Shown: one piece after another, positions 23,435 to 34,883 of the stretch
Layout: the number at the start of each line of letters is the position of its first letter
How positions within the stretch are numbered: the stretch's first letter is position 1
NCBI GenBank assembly: GCA_048772705.1
Contig: JBLWGC010000140.1
Coordinates: 248,001 to 312,000 of the forward strand
Direction: 5' to 3'
Source: Leidyana gryllorum EB-2025a
Lineage: Eukaryota; Protista; Apicomplexa
Length of the DNA: 64,000 nt
The notes under the pieces: model-generated
Seen by the model: the letters and a program-made list of their open reading frames with translations, nothing else
Database searches by the model: none
What the model was told of the DNA's origin: nothing
Translations under genes and position numbers: made by a program

Positions 23435-23815
23435 TCATCGGTAAAATTGGGTGAAAGCTGGTCTTTCTTCAACAATCGTCGTCGTGCGGGTGGTAAACGG
23501 GGAATAAGAACCACGCAGACCTCCTCCCAACGTTGTTCCGCCAATCGTCGTCCCATAAGTCCCACCATATGTCGATCCCAAATAAGTCCCAGTGGTAGCT
23601 ATGGGGTTGGTCAACAGAGTACCGCCTCCCAACCCAATGGGAGTTCCACCATTCACCACTGTCGTGCTTCCCAACAGCCCGCCCAACCCGCTTGTTGTCC
23701 GGGTATAGGACGGCAGCAGTCCACCTTGATTCACAATCACATTCTTCTCCACTATTGGGTGACCCATCACTCCGCCGATGCAGGACACCATTGTGATCAA
23801 ATTCATCACCTTCAT
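23435..23815 (-). CDS. Small secreted Gly/Thr-rich protein
   Basis: Signal-peptide-like MKVMNLITMVSCIGGVMG followed by GG/TT/YG repeats; intronless. Confidence 0.7.
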   Translation of the reverse strand: MKVMNLITMVSCIGGVMGHPIVEKNVIVNQGGLLPSYTRTTSGLGGLLGSTTVVNGGTPIGLGGGTLLTNPIATTGTYLGSTYGGTYGTTIGGTTLGGGLRGSYSPFTTRTTTIVEERPAFTQFYR

Positions 23816-23908
23816 TGTCAAAATTTATGTCGATCTTGTCTTCAGCTAACGATCTGATGTAGGAATAGGTGAAGGGGGGGTACTGTGTGCAGAGGGCCAA
23901 CGATCTTC

Positions 23909-25213
23909 TCAATCTGGGCTTTGACCCGACTCTTTTCCTCCTTCACTTGGGAAATCGGGAAATCTGCTGCCGGGACCACACAGAGTACAGTGCTCGGGTA
24001 TTCCATCCTCCAAGCAGTGCACTACATCAAAGACCAGTAATGAAAGGACCCCCCAAACACACGGTCTGAACTCACCGGCAAAACAGTCCGTGCACACCTT
24101 GCCCAGAGTCACCTTACGGTTGTGACAACAGCACGTCGCCGTGGACTCAGCCGTTATCTGAGGATACGACGCACACAACTCCCTCACAGTAACTGGATGC
24201 AGCCAGAAGAACTGTCGTAACAATGATATGAAAACGTGTGTGCTACTCGCCAACGTACCGCCAGAAATGCTCCAAAGAGCTTCCCTCCGCTTCTGCGCAA
24301 CGCAACAGCCTGACTAGGTTGGAGAGCCCACTTTTGGATATCTCCAATGGATTCAAACGCCATATAGCACCCGTTCGTCTCAGTGCACGCTTGTTGCCAC
24401 GCCGGCTGCCCGAAGTCAATAAAGAGCCTTGTAACAGCATTTCGTGAGTCTTACCGTTACGTTTGCTTTAAACGATGCCAAATCGATCACAATATTCTGA
24501 CGGAATGAGCCCATATTGAAGACTTTGTTGCACATCTTGGTCACCCACCATGGATTTAGCTGCGAAGGCCAAGGATAAAATATCCCTGGAGATTGCCTGC
24601 GCTTCAGGTGGTGTGTGATACATTATGGCGAGAACTCTCGCGTTCATTTCAGCATTCTTGGCCCGTACAAGTGCCAGACCTTGATGGTAAAGTATCATTG
24701 AGCGGGTTCATCGTGACTTACTGGCCAAGCCTTGGGCCACAGCGGTACTGACAAGACTCATTCCTTTGCTGTTCATTCCGGCCAGCACTCGTGTGAGTAG
24801 CAGTTTGTCCAATCCGTTGACATCAAGGTCGCCAGCTGCCCCTCGGAAGAGAAAGCGGCTGCATTTGGTGTCTGGAAGGAAGTGGTGCAGAATTGGCCTT
24901 ACCTATTAGTTCCATGGCAGACAATGAGTACGAGATTGCTGCGAGCATAGAGTGTCTTGTACTGCGCGAGAAACTCGACGACGGCATTCCAATATGAGAA
25001 GAAAGAGCTGGCTAGTAGATGAGCTGCTCGGAAAGGTCAGCAGTCTCACATTGATTTCCAAAGCGAGATTTGGTTGGTGGCAGAAGAAGATGAAGAAGAG
25101 GGGGGGGAAGACGCGGCACTAAATCGTTCAAAGGGCCATGGGTCAACGTCTATGACTAATGCAAGTGCCTCTGTGATCGCCCCAACATTAGCTACGCAAT
25201 CATCCGAAGCCAT
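23909..25213 (-). CDS. TFB4: TFIIH subunit p34/Tfb4 (multi-exon)
   Basis: vWA-like LALVIDVDP and LSLAFAAK, plus the C-terminal zinc-binding region ATCCCHNRKVTLGKVCTDCFA...HC...CTLCG. Confidence 0.8.
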
Positions 25214-25226
25214 GGTACAGAAAATT

Positions 25227-26169
25227 TCAGCAGCAAGAGCCCTTCGCCTGGAGCGGTGAGGCCTTGGAAAGGTCCGCCATCGGACCTTGTCTTGGCTGAG
25301 TAGCTGCAACCTGAACCTTTGCCTTGATCTCGGAGGCCATGAGATGAAAAGCCTAATTACAACAACGCAATGTATCTAAGACCCCCAGCCATTTTGAAGG
25401 ACTCACCTGCTCAACATTTGAGGCTGTCTTGGCTGAAGTTTCCACGAATCGGATTCCGTAGGAATCGGCCAAATCTTTACCCTCGTCATACGTTACCACC
25501 TGTGGAATGCGGGAGAGCGAGTTGATGAGTCTGTTGGGTGTTCTCACCTTCTTGCCCGTGAGGTCATTTTTGTTGCCAACCAATAAGCGGCTGACATTCT
25601 CACCGGCATACCGCTCGATCTCCTGCATCCATTGTCGGACGTGGTCGAAGGAATCTCGGTCCGTCACGTCGTAAACCACAATAATTCCTTGTGCTCCTCT
25701 GTAGTAACTAGAAGTGATTGTACGGAACCTCTCTTGACCCGCCGTATCCCACTGCAAAATCAAAGTGTGTACTTGAGAGAGTGTGTGGCTCGGTGTGTGA
25801 CATTGTGTGGGAGTGTGTTTGGCGGTAGTGCCCGTTGTGGACTTACTATCTGCAACTTCACAGTCTTGGACTCCAAATCGATAGTTCGGATTTTCTATGG
25901 AAGGCAATGGTTGCGAGGGTCGAGAAGTGCTGTGCTTACGAAGTCGACACCGATTGTACTGATATAACTCTCTGTATAATTGTCATCCTGGAAAGGTATA
26001 TTTTGAAAGTGGGAGTGTTATGGTGGGGAGCTTACAGCAAATCTGAGGAGCAGACATGACTTTCCGACTCCCGAGTCGCCGATAAGGAGGAGCTTGAAAA
26101 GGTAATCGCTGTGAGGAGTGAGATTGGTTTGAGGACACACCGATACGAAACTCACTATTCGGGGGTCAT
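25227..26169 (-). CDS. RAB1: Rab1 GTPase (multi-exon)
   Basis: [59 protein letters not shown] and a C-terminal CC prenylation motif. Confidence 0.96.
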
Positions 26170-26341
26170 GAGGGTGTTCAAAAGTTAGAGGTACCGACAG
26201 AACACTATTATTGTTGGTGGGGTGTATATGAGCTCGCTGCGCACACGAGACAGGTGATTGTGAGTTTTGGACGCTGGTTTAGAGCGATGTGGAGAGAGAT
26301 ATACGAAAAGGTTTGGTCTAAGGGGTTGGTGAGAGGTCTTT

Positions 26342-26608
26342 TCAGCCTGACTTGAATAACAGAATAGCAATCTGGCCATGATAGAAATAGATGAACTTCC
26401 TGGTCTCGTGAGAGACGTATGTACCGAAGTTTCTTCCTACAATGCAATGCCATGTGGGTTGATGTCGACGGTCGAACTCCTTCTTGATGTGAGCCGCAAC
26501 GTCTCGCTCTATGGTATGCTTCTGAAGGGCTTGAGTGGCGACCTCGATGGCCTCCTGTTGCATCGCTTCCGACATGTCCACATTCTTTATCACGTGCTTC
26601 GCCTCCAT
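26342..26608 (-). CDS. Dynein light chain LC8 family
   Basis: 88 aa; [12 protein letters not shown]...IKKEFD...[18 protein letters not shown]...ILLFKSG. Confidence 0.95.
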   Translation of the reverse strand: MEAKHVIKNVDMSEAMQQEAIEVATQALQKHTIERDVAAHIKKEFDRRHQPTWHCIVGRNFGTYVSHETRKFIYFYHGQIAILLFKSG

Positions 26609-26707
26609 TTTCGCTCTGTAGGAGTCTTTTTTTTATACACAAGCGCCTAAGTGTTAACACTTGATCGTGTGCGTGCCTCCCTACATCCGCAAACAATTCT
26701 ACCACAA

Positions 26708-27022
26708 ATGACTAACACTCCCGATACTTCTGTCAACACCTTCAAGCGTGAAGATGTAGAGGTCCGCAACCGGGACATTTCTGAGGAACATTTACAGGCC
26801 GCGATCGATCTTGCCTGTGAGGCTGTAGTCAAATTCTCAAGTGAACTGGAAGTCGCGGAATTCATCAAGAGGAAGTTCGACGAGAAATTCGGTCCTAAGT
26901 GGCATTGTGTTGTAGGACGACACTTCGCCAGCCATGTTAGTTACGAACCAGGCCACTATGTATACTTAAAAGTTGGACGTGAGGTCATCCTACTCTTCAA
27001 GTCGGGAGGCCCTATGGCCTGA
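26708..27022 (+). CDS. Dynein light chain LC8 family, divergent paralog
   Basis: IKRKFDEKFGPKWHCVVGRHFASHVSYE...ILLFKSG; ATG at 26708. Confidence 0.93.
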   Translation: MTNTPDTSVNTFKREDVEVRNRDISEEHLQAAIDLACEAVVKFSSELEVAEFIKRKFDEKFGPKWHCVVGRHFASHVSYEPGHYVYLKVGREVILLFKSGGPMA

Positions 27023-27545
27023 TCCGCATCTCATGCTCCATGTACGTTACGAACAGCCGCTTAGCCTCAGCCGAATAGAAGAAAAGCGGCAGACAACTTT
27101 TGGGCTCGTCCAACGCCAGTGCTACACACCTGCATAAATCATCGATCAACCCACCTCTGGAACCAACACTCACTCATCATCATCTCTAATTCCTGCTGCT
27201 TTTTCCACCCGGTCCAGCTGCTCCGGTGTATGTAGCATGTCGTCAATTTGAGATAGGGGCACAGTGCGCTGACGGAACTGACCACCCAGCTCGCAACTTA
27301 TGAACATTGTCCTGGACTCAGAGCTATAGTGCAGCTTGCACGGAAGCCGCTCAGAATGCACTAGAAGTGTCTCTATATTGATACCGCGGGCCAGCACCGC
27401 TCGGTAGTTGGACATCTGCTACCATCACATTTATCTACCACTCGTCCCTTACCGATAAGCTGGCTGGCATATCTGGGGGAGAAATCCCCACCTTCATCTC
27501 TTCATTCTTGCTTTCTGAGCTGCAGCAACTCAAGTTGGCTCCCAT
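27012..27545 (-). CDS. IMC sub-compartment protein (ISP family), 3 exons
   Basis: N-terminus MGANLSCCSS (Gly2 myristoylation plus Cys-Cys palmitoylation); PH-like core VPLSQIDDMLHTPEQLDRVE...CVALAL...CLPLFF. Confidence 0.85.
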
Positions 27546-27971
27546 GCTGACCCTTTTTTTCCATCTTGCCGACACGTTCTACCACGCGACTTTATATAGA
27601 GTACCACACACGTGTGTGTTAATGAATTTGTACTATCTGCTACTCGTCACACCTGTGCTATCAGTCCGTCTACACCAAGCTGACTTGTTTTATTCACGCG
27701 CTGGAAGCTGGATGACACGGAAACAATCGATGTTGCGCCTCAGTGAAAGTGAGTCAGCCAGAGATGCACCTTGATCATAGCAAGCCAACAACAACAGGAC
27801 TGAAAGCATACACGAGAGCTCGCTTTGCACAACAGTTCGTCAACCGAAGACCACATGGGTAGCTGGCCGCACAGCTTGCCTCACGACAAGACGGACTGCT
27901 AAGAAAAAAAAAAACAATATGGACTAACCTGGACCTTAAAAAAAGTCGAAGGCTCGCACATCAACCCCGCA

Positions 27972-28340
27972 ATGGCTCTCAAGTACGTCGCCGCCCTCCT
28001 CCTCTGCCACTACGCCGGCACTGATGTGTCTGAGGATAAGGTGAAGAGCATCATCAAGTCCGTTGGTGGCGAAGTTGACGATGAAATCGTCGCTAAGCTC
28101 ATCGCTGCTGGCCCCGTCGAGGAGGTATGTATGTGTGTTGGGATTCGGTAATACTTATGTCTTGTTCAGGTCCTCGCTAAGGGTATGAGCCAATTGGCTG
28201 CTGTCCCTGCTGGCGGTGCTGCCCCCGCTGCTGGTGGAGCCGCTGCTTCTGCTCCTGCTGCTGAGGAGAAGAAGGAAGAGAAGAAGGAGGAGCCCGAGGA
28301 GGAAGAGGATGATGACATGGGATTCGGTCTCTTCGACTAA
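27972..28340 (+). CDS. RPLP2: 60S acidic ribosomal protein P2, 2 exons
   Basis: [12 protein letters not shown]..., an Ala-rich hinge, and [14 protein letters not shown]. Intron ~28125-28170. Confidence 0.95.
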
Positions 28341-28638
28341 ACAGCTACTTCCTTCCAGTGTGATTGGTGTGCATCCTTCTCTCGTATCAACTTCTAACCA
28401 ATGTATAGCTAAGCTCCTGCGGTTTGGGTTGAAGCACTTCTTATTCGAAAAACTTGTTCGGCCACCGAGGCCTGTAGCGGTAACTGGCTACGGCGTAGTG
28501 AGTAGCGGCGGCCGGCACGCAGACAGACTTTGTGGTACCTCTTAGGCAGAGCAGCAGAATAGTGCCTTGAACCCGAGTAATGCCCCAACAGAACCCACAT
28601 GGTGTCCAGTTTACCTGTGTCACTTTTTGGCTGAGCCA

Positions 28639-30947
28639 ATGTCCACAACTTGCACGTTGTATGATTTGCTTGGACTAAAAGGTTTGGAGCAGCTTAATGT
28701 TGAAGAGTTGAAGTCTGAGCAGCCCACTACGCCAGATGGGTATAGCGAGTTAGCTGCAAGAGTTGTGACCAAGTACGCTTCCACTGGTCCTGTGGATGTG
28801 ATAGTCCCCGGTCACCTGTTGCTTGGGTCCCGTGACCGAGCACGCGACCGGGAGTTCCTGGCTTCGATGGGTGTGACTGATGTGCTTGTGATGGCCGTTG
28901 AGAATGCGAAGAATGCTGAAGAGTTTGAGGGTTCAAGTATTAGATTCTGGAAGGTTGTCCTTCCTGATATCTTGGGCTTTCCAGTGATGGGCATCCTACG
29001 AGCAGCACTGCACACCATCTTGACGCAGGTGTTTGTTGACGAATTGACGCCGCTGACACTGGAAGACTTGGGGCCGGATGGGAAGCGGGAAGCTTCTCCC
29101 AACAATCGTTTATTATTCGTTCACTGCACGTTGGGTATCTCGCGATCAGCCTCCTTTACAATATTCTACATCCTCTATCGATTGTTCATTGACTGGCCAG
29201 AGAGCTGTACGGAAGGTCCTCGGATTGCGGACATTCTGAGGCGAATTCAGGATTGCCGACCGGTGAGCTTTATCAGCAGGTTTGGTCACTGGTTGGCAGA
29301 TATGTCCCAACATATGTTTCATGGCGCAGCTCCGCACACTGGAAGAGTGTTTGGGAGCGTTGTTGCCGTATACAGAGAGTCACTTCAAGCGAGACAAGTT
29401 ACGAGAGAGTCGAATTCTCCAATTCAATACTGCATTACTCTGGTGCGAAGCTTATTTTGATACGGAAACGCGGGTGATGGCCGAATGTATGGTGAGTTAG
29501 TTCAATGAGGATCTCGCGGGTGTGTGTGACAAATCTCTCAGGGGTACATTCAGCTGGAGCCCATGGAGGAATTGAAGAAGCAAGCGAATACTGCTGTGAA
29601 AATGGGACTGTCTGCGTGGTCCGCCAAGAATTCCCCATTGAAGAGGATGGCATGTTGGATGCCAAGCGCCTTGATGCTGGAAAACTTCAACATATATACG
29701 CGCCAGGTGCCCAGTGCAATGGCTCTCCTGACTTTGGGCCGTGGATTGGAGAGAGAGGCTGAGACATTCGAGTCCAGTCTTGATAACGCAAAGAAACGCA
29801 TGGGAGTCACTCCGGTGGTTGACGATGATGAAGACATATCATTCTCGTGTCTCGCCATCTATACGGGCGCCGCGGGTCCGGCCGTCGATTGGGTTCACGG
29901 TGATGAAGGCGGTCTATTGCGAGATGTTCCCGTCAAAGTGGTGATCGAGCCGGCCACCGTGCGCCCCGCGGAAGAAATGGTCGCCAAGTTTCGACTGCCA
30001 AAAGGCATCATATGGACCCTCGAACCCGTACCCAGGAAGGAAACTTTGCGTTTCGCTCTGGGAATGCCAACGATAGAAAGGTCTCCCCAGCAGGAGACAT
30101 CAAACACCGGATCAGACGAGACATCGAACACCGGATCCGACGAGACATCCAAAACCGCCTCCGAGGAGCAAATCATAGATATGGGACATGCCATTGACCG
30201 AACCGCTCCATGGGACGCTGTGACTCTGATGGACGGTCTCACAAAGGGATGTAAGGATACAATGGAAGCACTGGGAACGATGACGGTGAGTACCTACATC
30301 TCCTGCATAATGAATGGGTGGGGACCAATGAAAGTGTGTGTGTGGGTGTGAGTGAGTGAGTGTGTGTGAGTGAGTGTGTGTGTGAGTGAGTGTGTGTGTG
30401 TGTGCCTCGAGTATCGCTGCGCCCCCGCAGCATCCAGTTCGCCGAGCTGTGACTGCGTCTCTGTGTGGCCTGTTCGGGACTTTGCTCTCGAGAGATCGTC
30501 GGGCGGCACGCGTGTTCATGTGTGGTGGAGAGTTGTGTGTGATCCTGGAGGGCTGACAAATGAGTGTTCTTTTTCTAGACTAAGTTTGATTGTACCACGT
30601 GGTCGGTGTGGCTGGCACACCGAGCGAGTCAGCAGTGTCGACGGGTGTGGAACAGTTTGAGGCAGTGGGGACGGAGCCACGAGAAAGCGAAAGGGGAACT
30701 GCCACCGCGCGTGTCATCTGAAGAGGCCCGCGCCCCACCCGACCCCCGTGGGCTCTCCTCGAGTGGGGAGGATGATGGGGCCGGCAGTGCAGGACGGAAA
30801 CGCAGACACCCTAGCGAGACGCACCGTGTTAAGAAAAAGCTCCGGTATGAGTCAGTTGACGAGGAGACACTGAAGCAGGAGGTTGAACGGATGAGGGAAA
30901 CTGTGAATACACTCAAGAAGAGGCCCATAGTTAGCACACAGATTTAG
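28639..30947 (+). CDS. Dual-specificity protein phosphatase with long C-terminal extension (multi-exon)
   Basis: Catalytic motif FVHCTLGISRSA and HLLLGSRDRARD. In-frame splices (donors ~29492 and ~30287) link to ORFs 29563..30351 and 30606..30947; the extension is inferred. Confidence 0.7.
30334..30404. repeat. (GT)n/(GTGA)n microsatellite inside an intron
   Basis: Directly visible gtgtgtgtgtgg...gtgagtgagtgtgtg run. Confidence 0.9.
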
Positions 30948-30969
30948 AAATTGTCGAAGGAGGGACGGA

Positions 30970-31800
30970 ATGCTCGACGAGTTAAGCGGACTAAGATGCA
31001 CGTTGTATGAACCTGAAACTGGTGAGGCATTGCCCGAGCTACGGGCGGAGATCGTCCATGATACCAACATGCCACACCACTCCTCGAGAGCCAAGGCCGT
31101 CTCACTAAGCCGACAAGTCTCCGTCACAACGTGCACCACGGCCGCTTCCACGCCAAAGGCCGAGTTGGCCCCCATGCGTGTTGTGAGGTGCTTTGTTCCC
31201 GCCAAGCCTCACTCCGAGTTTGTAGTTCGGGTGGAGGAAACCAAAGCACTCCGCAAGGATTTAGTCGTCGAACTCCTACTGGACGGCAGATACATGCGAG
31301 GCCGGCTGCGGAAGGCTCCACAGCAGGCAGACTTCGTATTCACCAGCCCAACCGCAAGTAAGTACACCACAAGGAGTATCCAGCTATTGTTCTGGTGCAG
31401 AGTGGGCGGATCAGTCGCGGTTGATCTTCTCAGATATGGCGGATTTGGAAGATCTGCTCAGTGGGGATGGCTTAGGGAGTGTTTGTGTTGACGTCTGGCG
31501 GGGCCACACGGAGCGAGACACTGATACGGCCGTGCTGACTACTGCTGATCTAGAGGAAGTCATGACCCCACGGCCGAAGGGCAAAAACCCACCCGCATTC
31601 TTGCCCGAGGGTACAGCTTACGATCCCTTGTCGAACTTCACCTTCACTGAGCGAATAGTTCGGTTCGAGTTTCGTTACCGTACTGAGCGTAAGAGGGTCA
31701 CACTGGCTAGCCCACCACCACAAATCCCCTTTCAGATTGGCTCAGCCACAATAAGATCGTCCAGGACCGATCCTCTAGGACCCGCAATGTTCGCCACTGA
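30970..31800 (+). CDS. Hypothetical protein (beta-rich), 3 exons
   Basis: ORFs 30970..31491 and 31421..31891 are joined by GT-AG introns. Motifs CFVPAKPHSEFVVRV, LLLDG, LGSVCVDVWRG and FEFRYRTE; final exon stops at TGA 31798-31800. Confidence 0.55.
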
Positions 31801-31851
31801 GTACCACAGCTCTTCGTTCATTGACCATGGAAAAAAATTTTCTCTTCATAT

Positions 31852-34851
31852 ATGCCCCCTGCAGCAGTCCCCCCATATGGGGAACGGGTAGGCTGGGTGC
31901 CCACCTCCCAGGATGACTTCAATGGAGGTGGTGCGTACCCTGAGGTTGCTGTCCTTCAATATCCCTTGAGTCTCGGTCAGAAGGCTCCTGATGCCCAGCG
32001 ACAAGCTCTCATGCTCCAGACTGACGCCAAAGGAAGGCCAGTCTATGAAGCAATATTGACGCAGTACTCCAAGAGATCCGTCACCTACTCGCGTAGTGAG
32101 GATTATCGGCCTCATTATGCAGACCAAGCTGATCTGCAGAAGCCGTCAGAAGAGCTGCAAGCATCTGTTGCAGAGGAAACAGCCGTGGCGCTACTGGAAG
32201 CCGGCAAAGTCAAAGGCTCGATGCGCCAACTCGACCGAGCTGTGCAGTCTGCGAGTCAACAGGATCAGTACGTACGCTATGTCCCCGACCCCGCTGCACC
32301 CGGCTACAATGAAAAATGCGCCGAACGTATAATTCGTATTGTCGAAAAGAAGGTCGACCCCTTGGAACCACCGAAGTTCCGAGTTCGGAGAGCTCCTACT
32401 AGTAGAAATTCGCCCCCGCCACCGATTCTTAGAGCACCACCTAAGAAGCTGACTCCTGAAGATCAAGCCAATTGGAAACTCCCGCCCTGTGTCAGTAATT
32501 GGAAGAATCAAAAGGGCTATACTATCCCCCTGGATATGCGACTTCAAGTTGATGGCAGAGACCAGCAGGAAGTTTCCATCAATTCAAAGTTCGGTGCTTT
32601 TGCTGAAGCCCTCTATGTCGCTGAGAGAGCCGCACGAGAGCAGACTCGCTTGAGAAACGACCTTCTCCGCCAGATGAAACAAGAAGAAGAGAAACAACGG
32701 GAGGAGTCGCTCCGGGAAATCGCAGCCAAAGCACGTCAGGAAAGGGCACAAACCCTTACACATAGCAAGCACTTGCCTGTGACATCAGCCAACGCCGTTC
32801 CAGTCGCTGGTGCGGCAACGCCTGTCGAGGGCCCGAATCGCGGCCGGGGCTCCACCAGCCCCCGGGCAAAAAGTCCGTTGCGAGTGAAGAGCTCGCCGAG
32901 CTCTGCTAGTCCCAGACGATCGATGAGTCCCCAACACAGAATGAAGAAACGGGAGTTGATAAGCCCAAGACGGTCCCGTAGCCCTCATAGCTCTCCCAGC
33001 CCGCGTCGAGTCTCCGCTCACCGAGACCCTCCGAGCCCCCGTCGTGGAAGGAGTCCGCAGTCATCACGTAGTCCTCCAATTGACAGAGACCGGCGCTCCT
33101 CAATGAGCCCGCACCATCCACCCGCTCCAAAACGGAGTGAAGGAGCCGACAGACGGGGAAGAAGCCCTCCTCGCTCTCGTAGCCCGTGGGGGTCACTAAG
33201 TCCCCGACGTGCGCCTGCGCAACGACGCTCTCCAAGCCCAAGACCCCTCCCCCCATATCGCCGAGGAATGGATCCACGACCCTCCACAAGCCCTCGTCGG
33301 CAAAGCACCCGACCAATGGCCATCAGTCCCAGGCGTCGCGGCAGCCCTCAACGGTCTCTGAGTCCACGGGGATCTCAGACTCAACACACAGCGAGTTCCA
33401 GGGACAATGAGCGGTTCCCGAGACCGAGATTTGACAACAGTCCTCAACGCTCTAGTCCACGCCGCCGGAGGAGCCCTGAGCGCTCTCTGAGTCCACGCCG
33501 CCGGAGGAGCCCTGAGCGCTCTTCGAGTCCACGCCGTCGAAGGAGTCCTGAGCGCTCTTTGAGTCCACGTCGTCGAAGGAGTCTCGAATGCTCTCCGAGT
33601 CCACGCCGTCGAAGGAGTCTCGAATGCTCTCAGAGTCCACGCCCACGCCGTCGAAGGAGTTTCGAATGCTCTCCGAGTCCACGGCGTCGAAGGAGTCCCG
33701 AATGCTCTCCGAGTCCACGGCGTCGAAGGAGTCCCGAACGCTCCCCAAGTCCGCGCCGCCGATGGAGTCCCCGTAGGTCCCCAAGCCCTAGGCGTCCCCC
33801 CTTCCAGGGTAGGGCAGTGAGTCCACGGCGGCTACGAAGCCCGAAACGAACATTCGGTCGCGAAGAATCTGCGAGTCCGCAACGACCAGAGAAGCTCCGC
33901 CGATTGTCAGGTTCACGTCGTCTACCAAGCCCACGTCATGGGCGAAGTCTTGAAAGGGCAGTATCGAGGTCGCGGTCTCCCGATGGGAAACGTTTGGCGA
34001 GACATGACCGCAGCATGAGTCGCAGCCTGAGTCCGGGTAGAAGAAGACGGCGAAGCCCCAGTTCTAGTCCAAGCCCCAAAAGACGCCGCAGCCCAAGTCG
34101 CAGTGTCAGTCCAAAACGCGAACACAAGCGGGCAAAGATCCACGGACAAACGTCAGTTCCACAGCCGGCAGCCGCGAGCCCCGATGGGGCACCTCAATCA
34201 TTAGCCGCCCGAGTGGATCAGATCGAGCGCGAGAGACGACGTGAAATCGAGCGCGAGTTACGATTGGAGGTAGGTCTTCATACAAGTTCCAGAACAAATC
34301 ATTTGTTGTTGTCACAGCGGGCTGGCCGGAAGGGTAGAAAGCTCCGTATGGATGCAGATCGAGACATTTCTGAGCGAGTGGCATTGGGTCAAGCCCAGCC
34401 GACCTCGCAAGACGCCTTGTATGACACGCGACTGTTCAGTCGTGATACTGGCGGGCCGGATATTGTAAGTGTTGCATGTCAAATGCATTGGCGTTATCCG
34501 ACAGTACCCACAACACTTGCCACACACGTGTGTGGCATGGTCTTGATTTGGGCAATATTTGCACTTGTTTGCCATGATCACATCTCTTCTTCTCAGACCC
34601 GGGCTGACGACGATGAGTATGCAATGTACGATCGGCCACTGTTCGGCGGGGACCGCGTAAGCGGTGCTCGCGGGATTTACCACATGGATCGGGATCGCAT
34701 ACGCAGAAACGTTGGGTAAGTGGATCAATTGCAATTCAGGCTGCGCGCTCACTACTTTTTCCTCAATTACATTAGGCGGAGTCAAGTAGCAGAGATCGGT
34801 GATGTTGTGGATCCATCTAAGGACCGCGGGCCGGTGCAATTCGAGAAGTAG
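31852..34851 (+). CDS. SNW1: SNW1/SKIP/Prp45 splicing factor with RS-rich insertion
   Basis: GGGAYPEV, DPLEPPKF, PPCVSNWKNQKGYTIPLD, RDISERVALG and terminal GPVQFEK*; three 3' introns. Confidence 0.93.
33454..33783 (+). repeat. Coding 36-bp tandem repeat (~9 copies; SPRRRRSPERSL-type 12-mers)
   Basis: Unit agtccacgccgccggaggagccctgagcgctctctg and variants, lying within SNW1. Confidence 0.9.
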
Positions 34852-34883
34852 AAAGAGTTTTCTTGCGTGTGATCGGTCGTATA

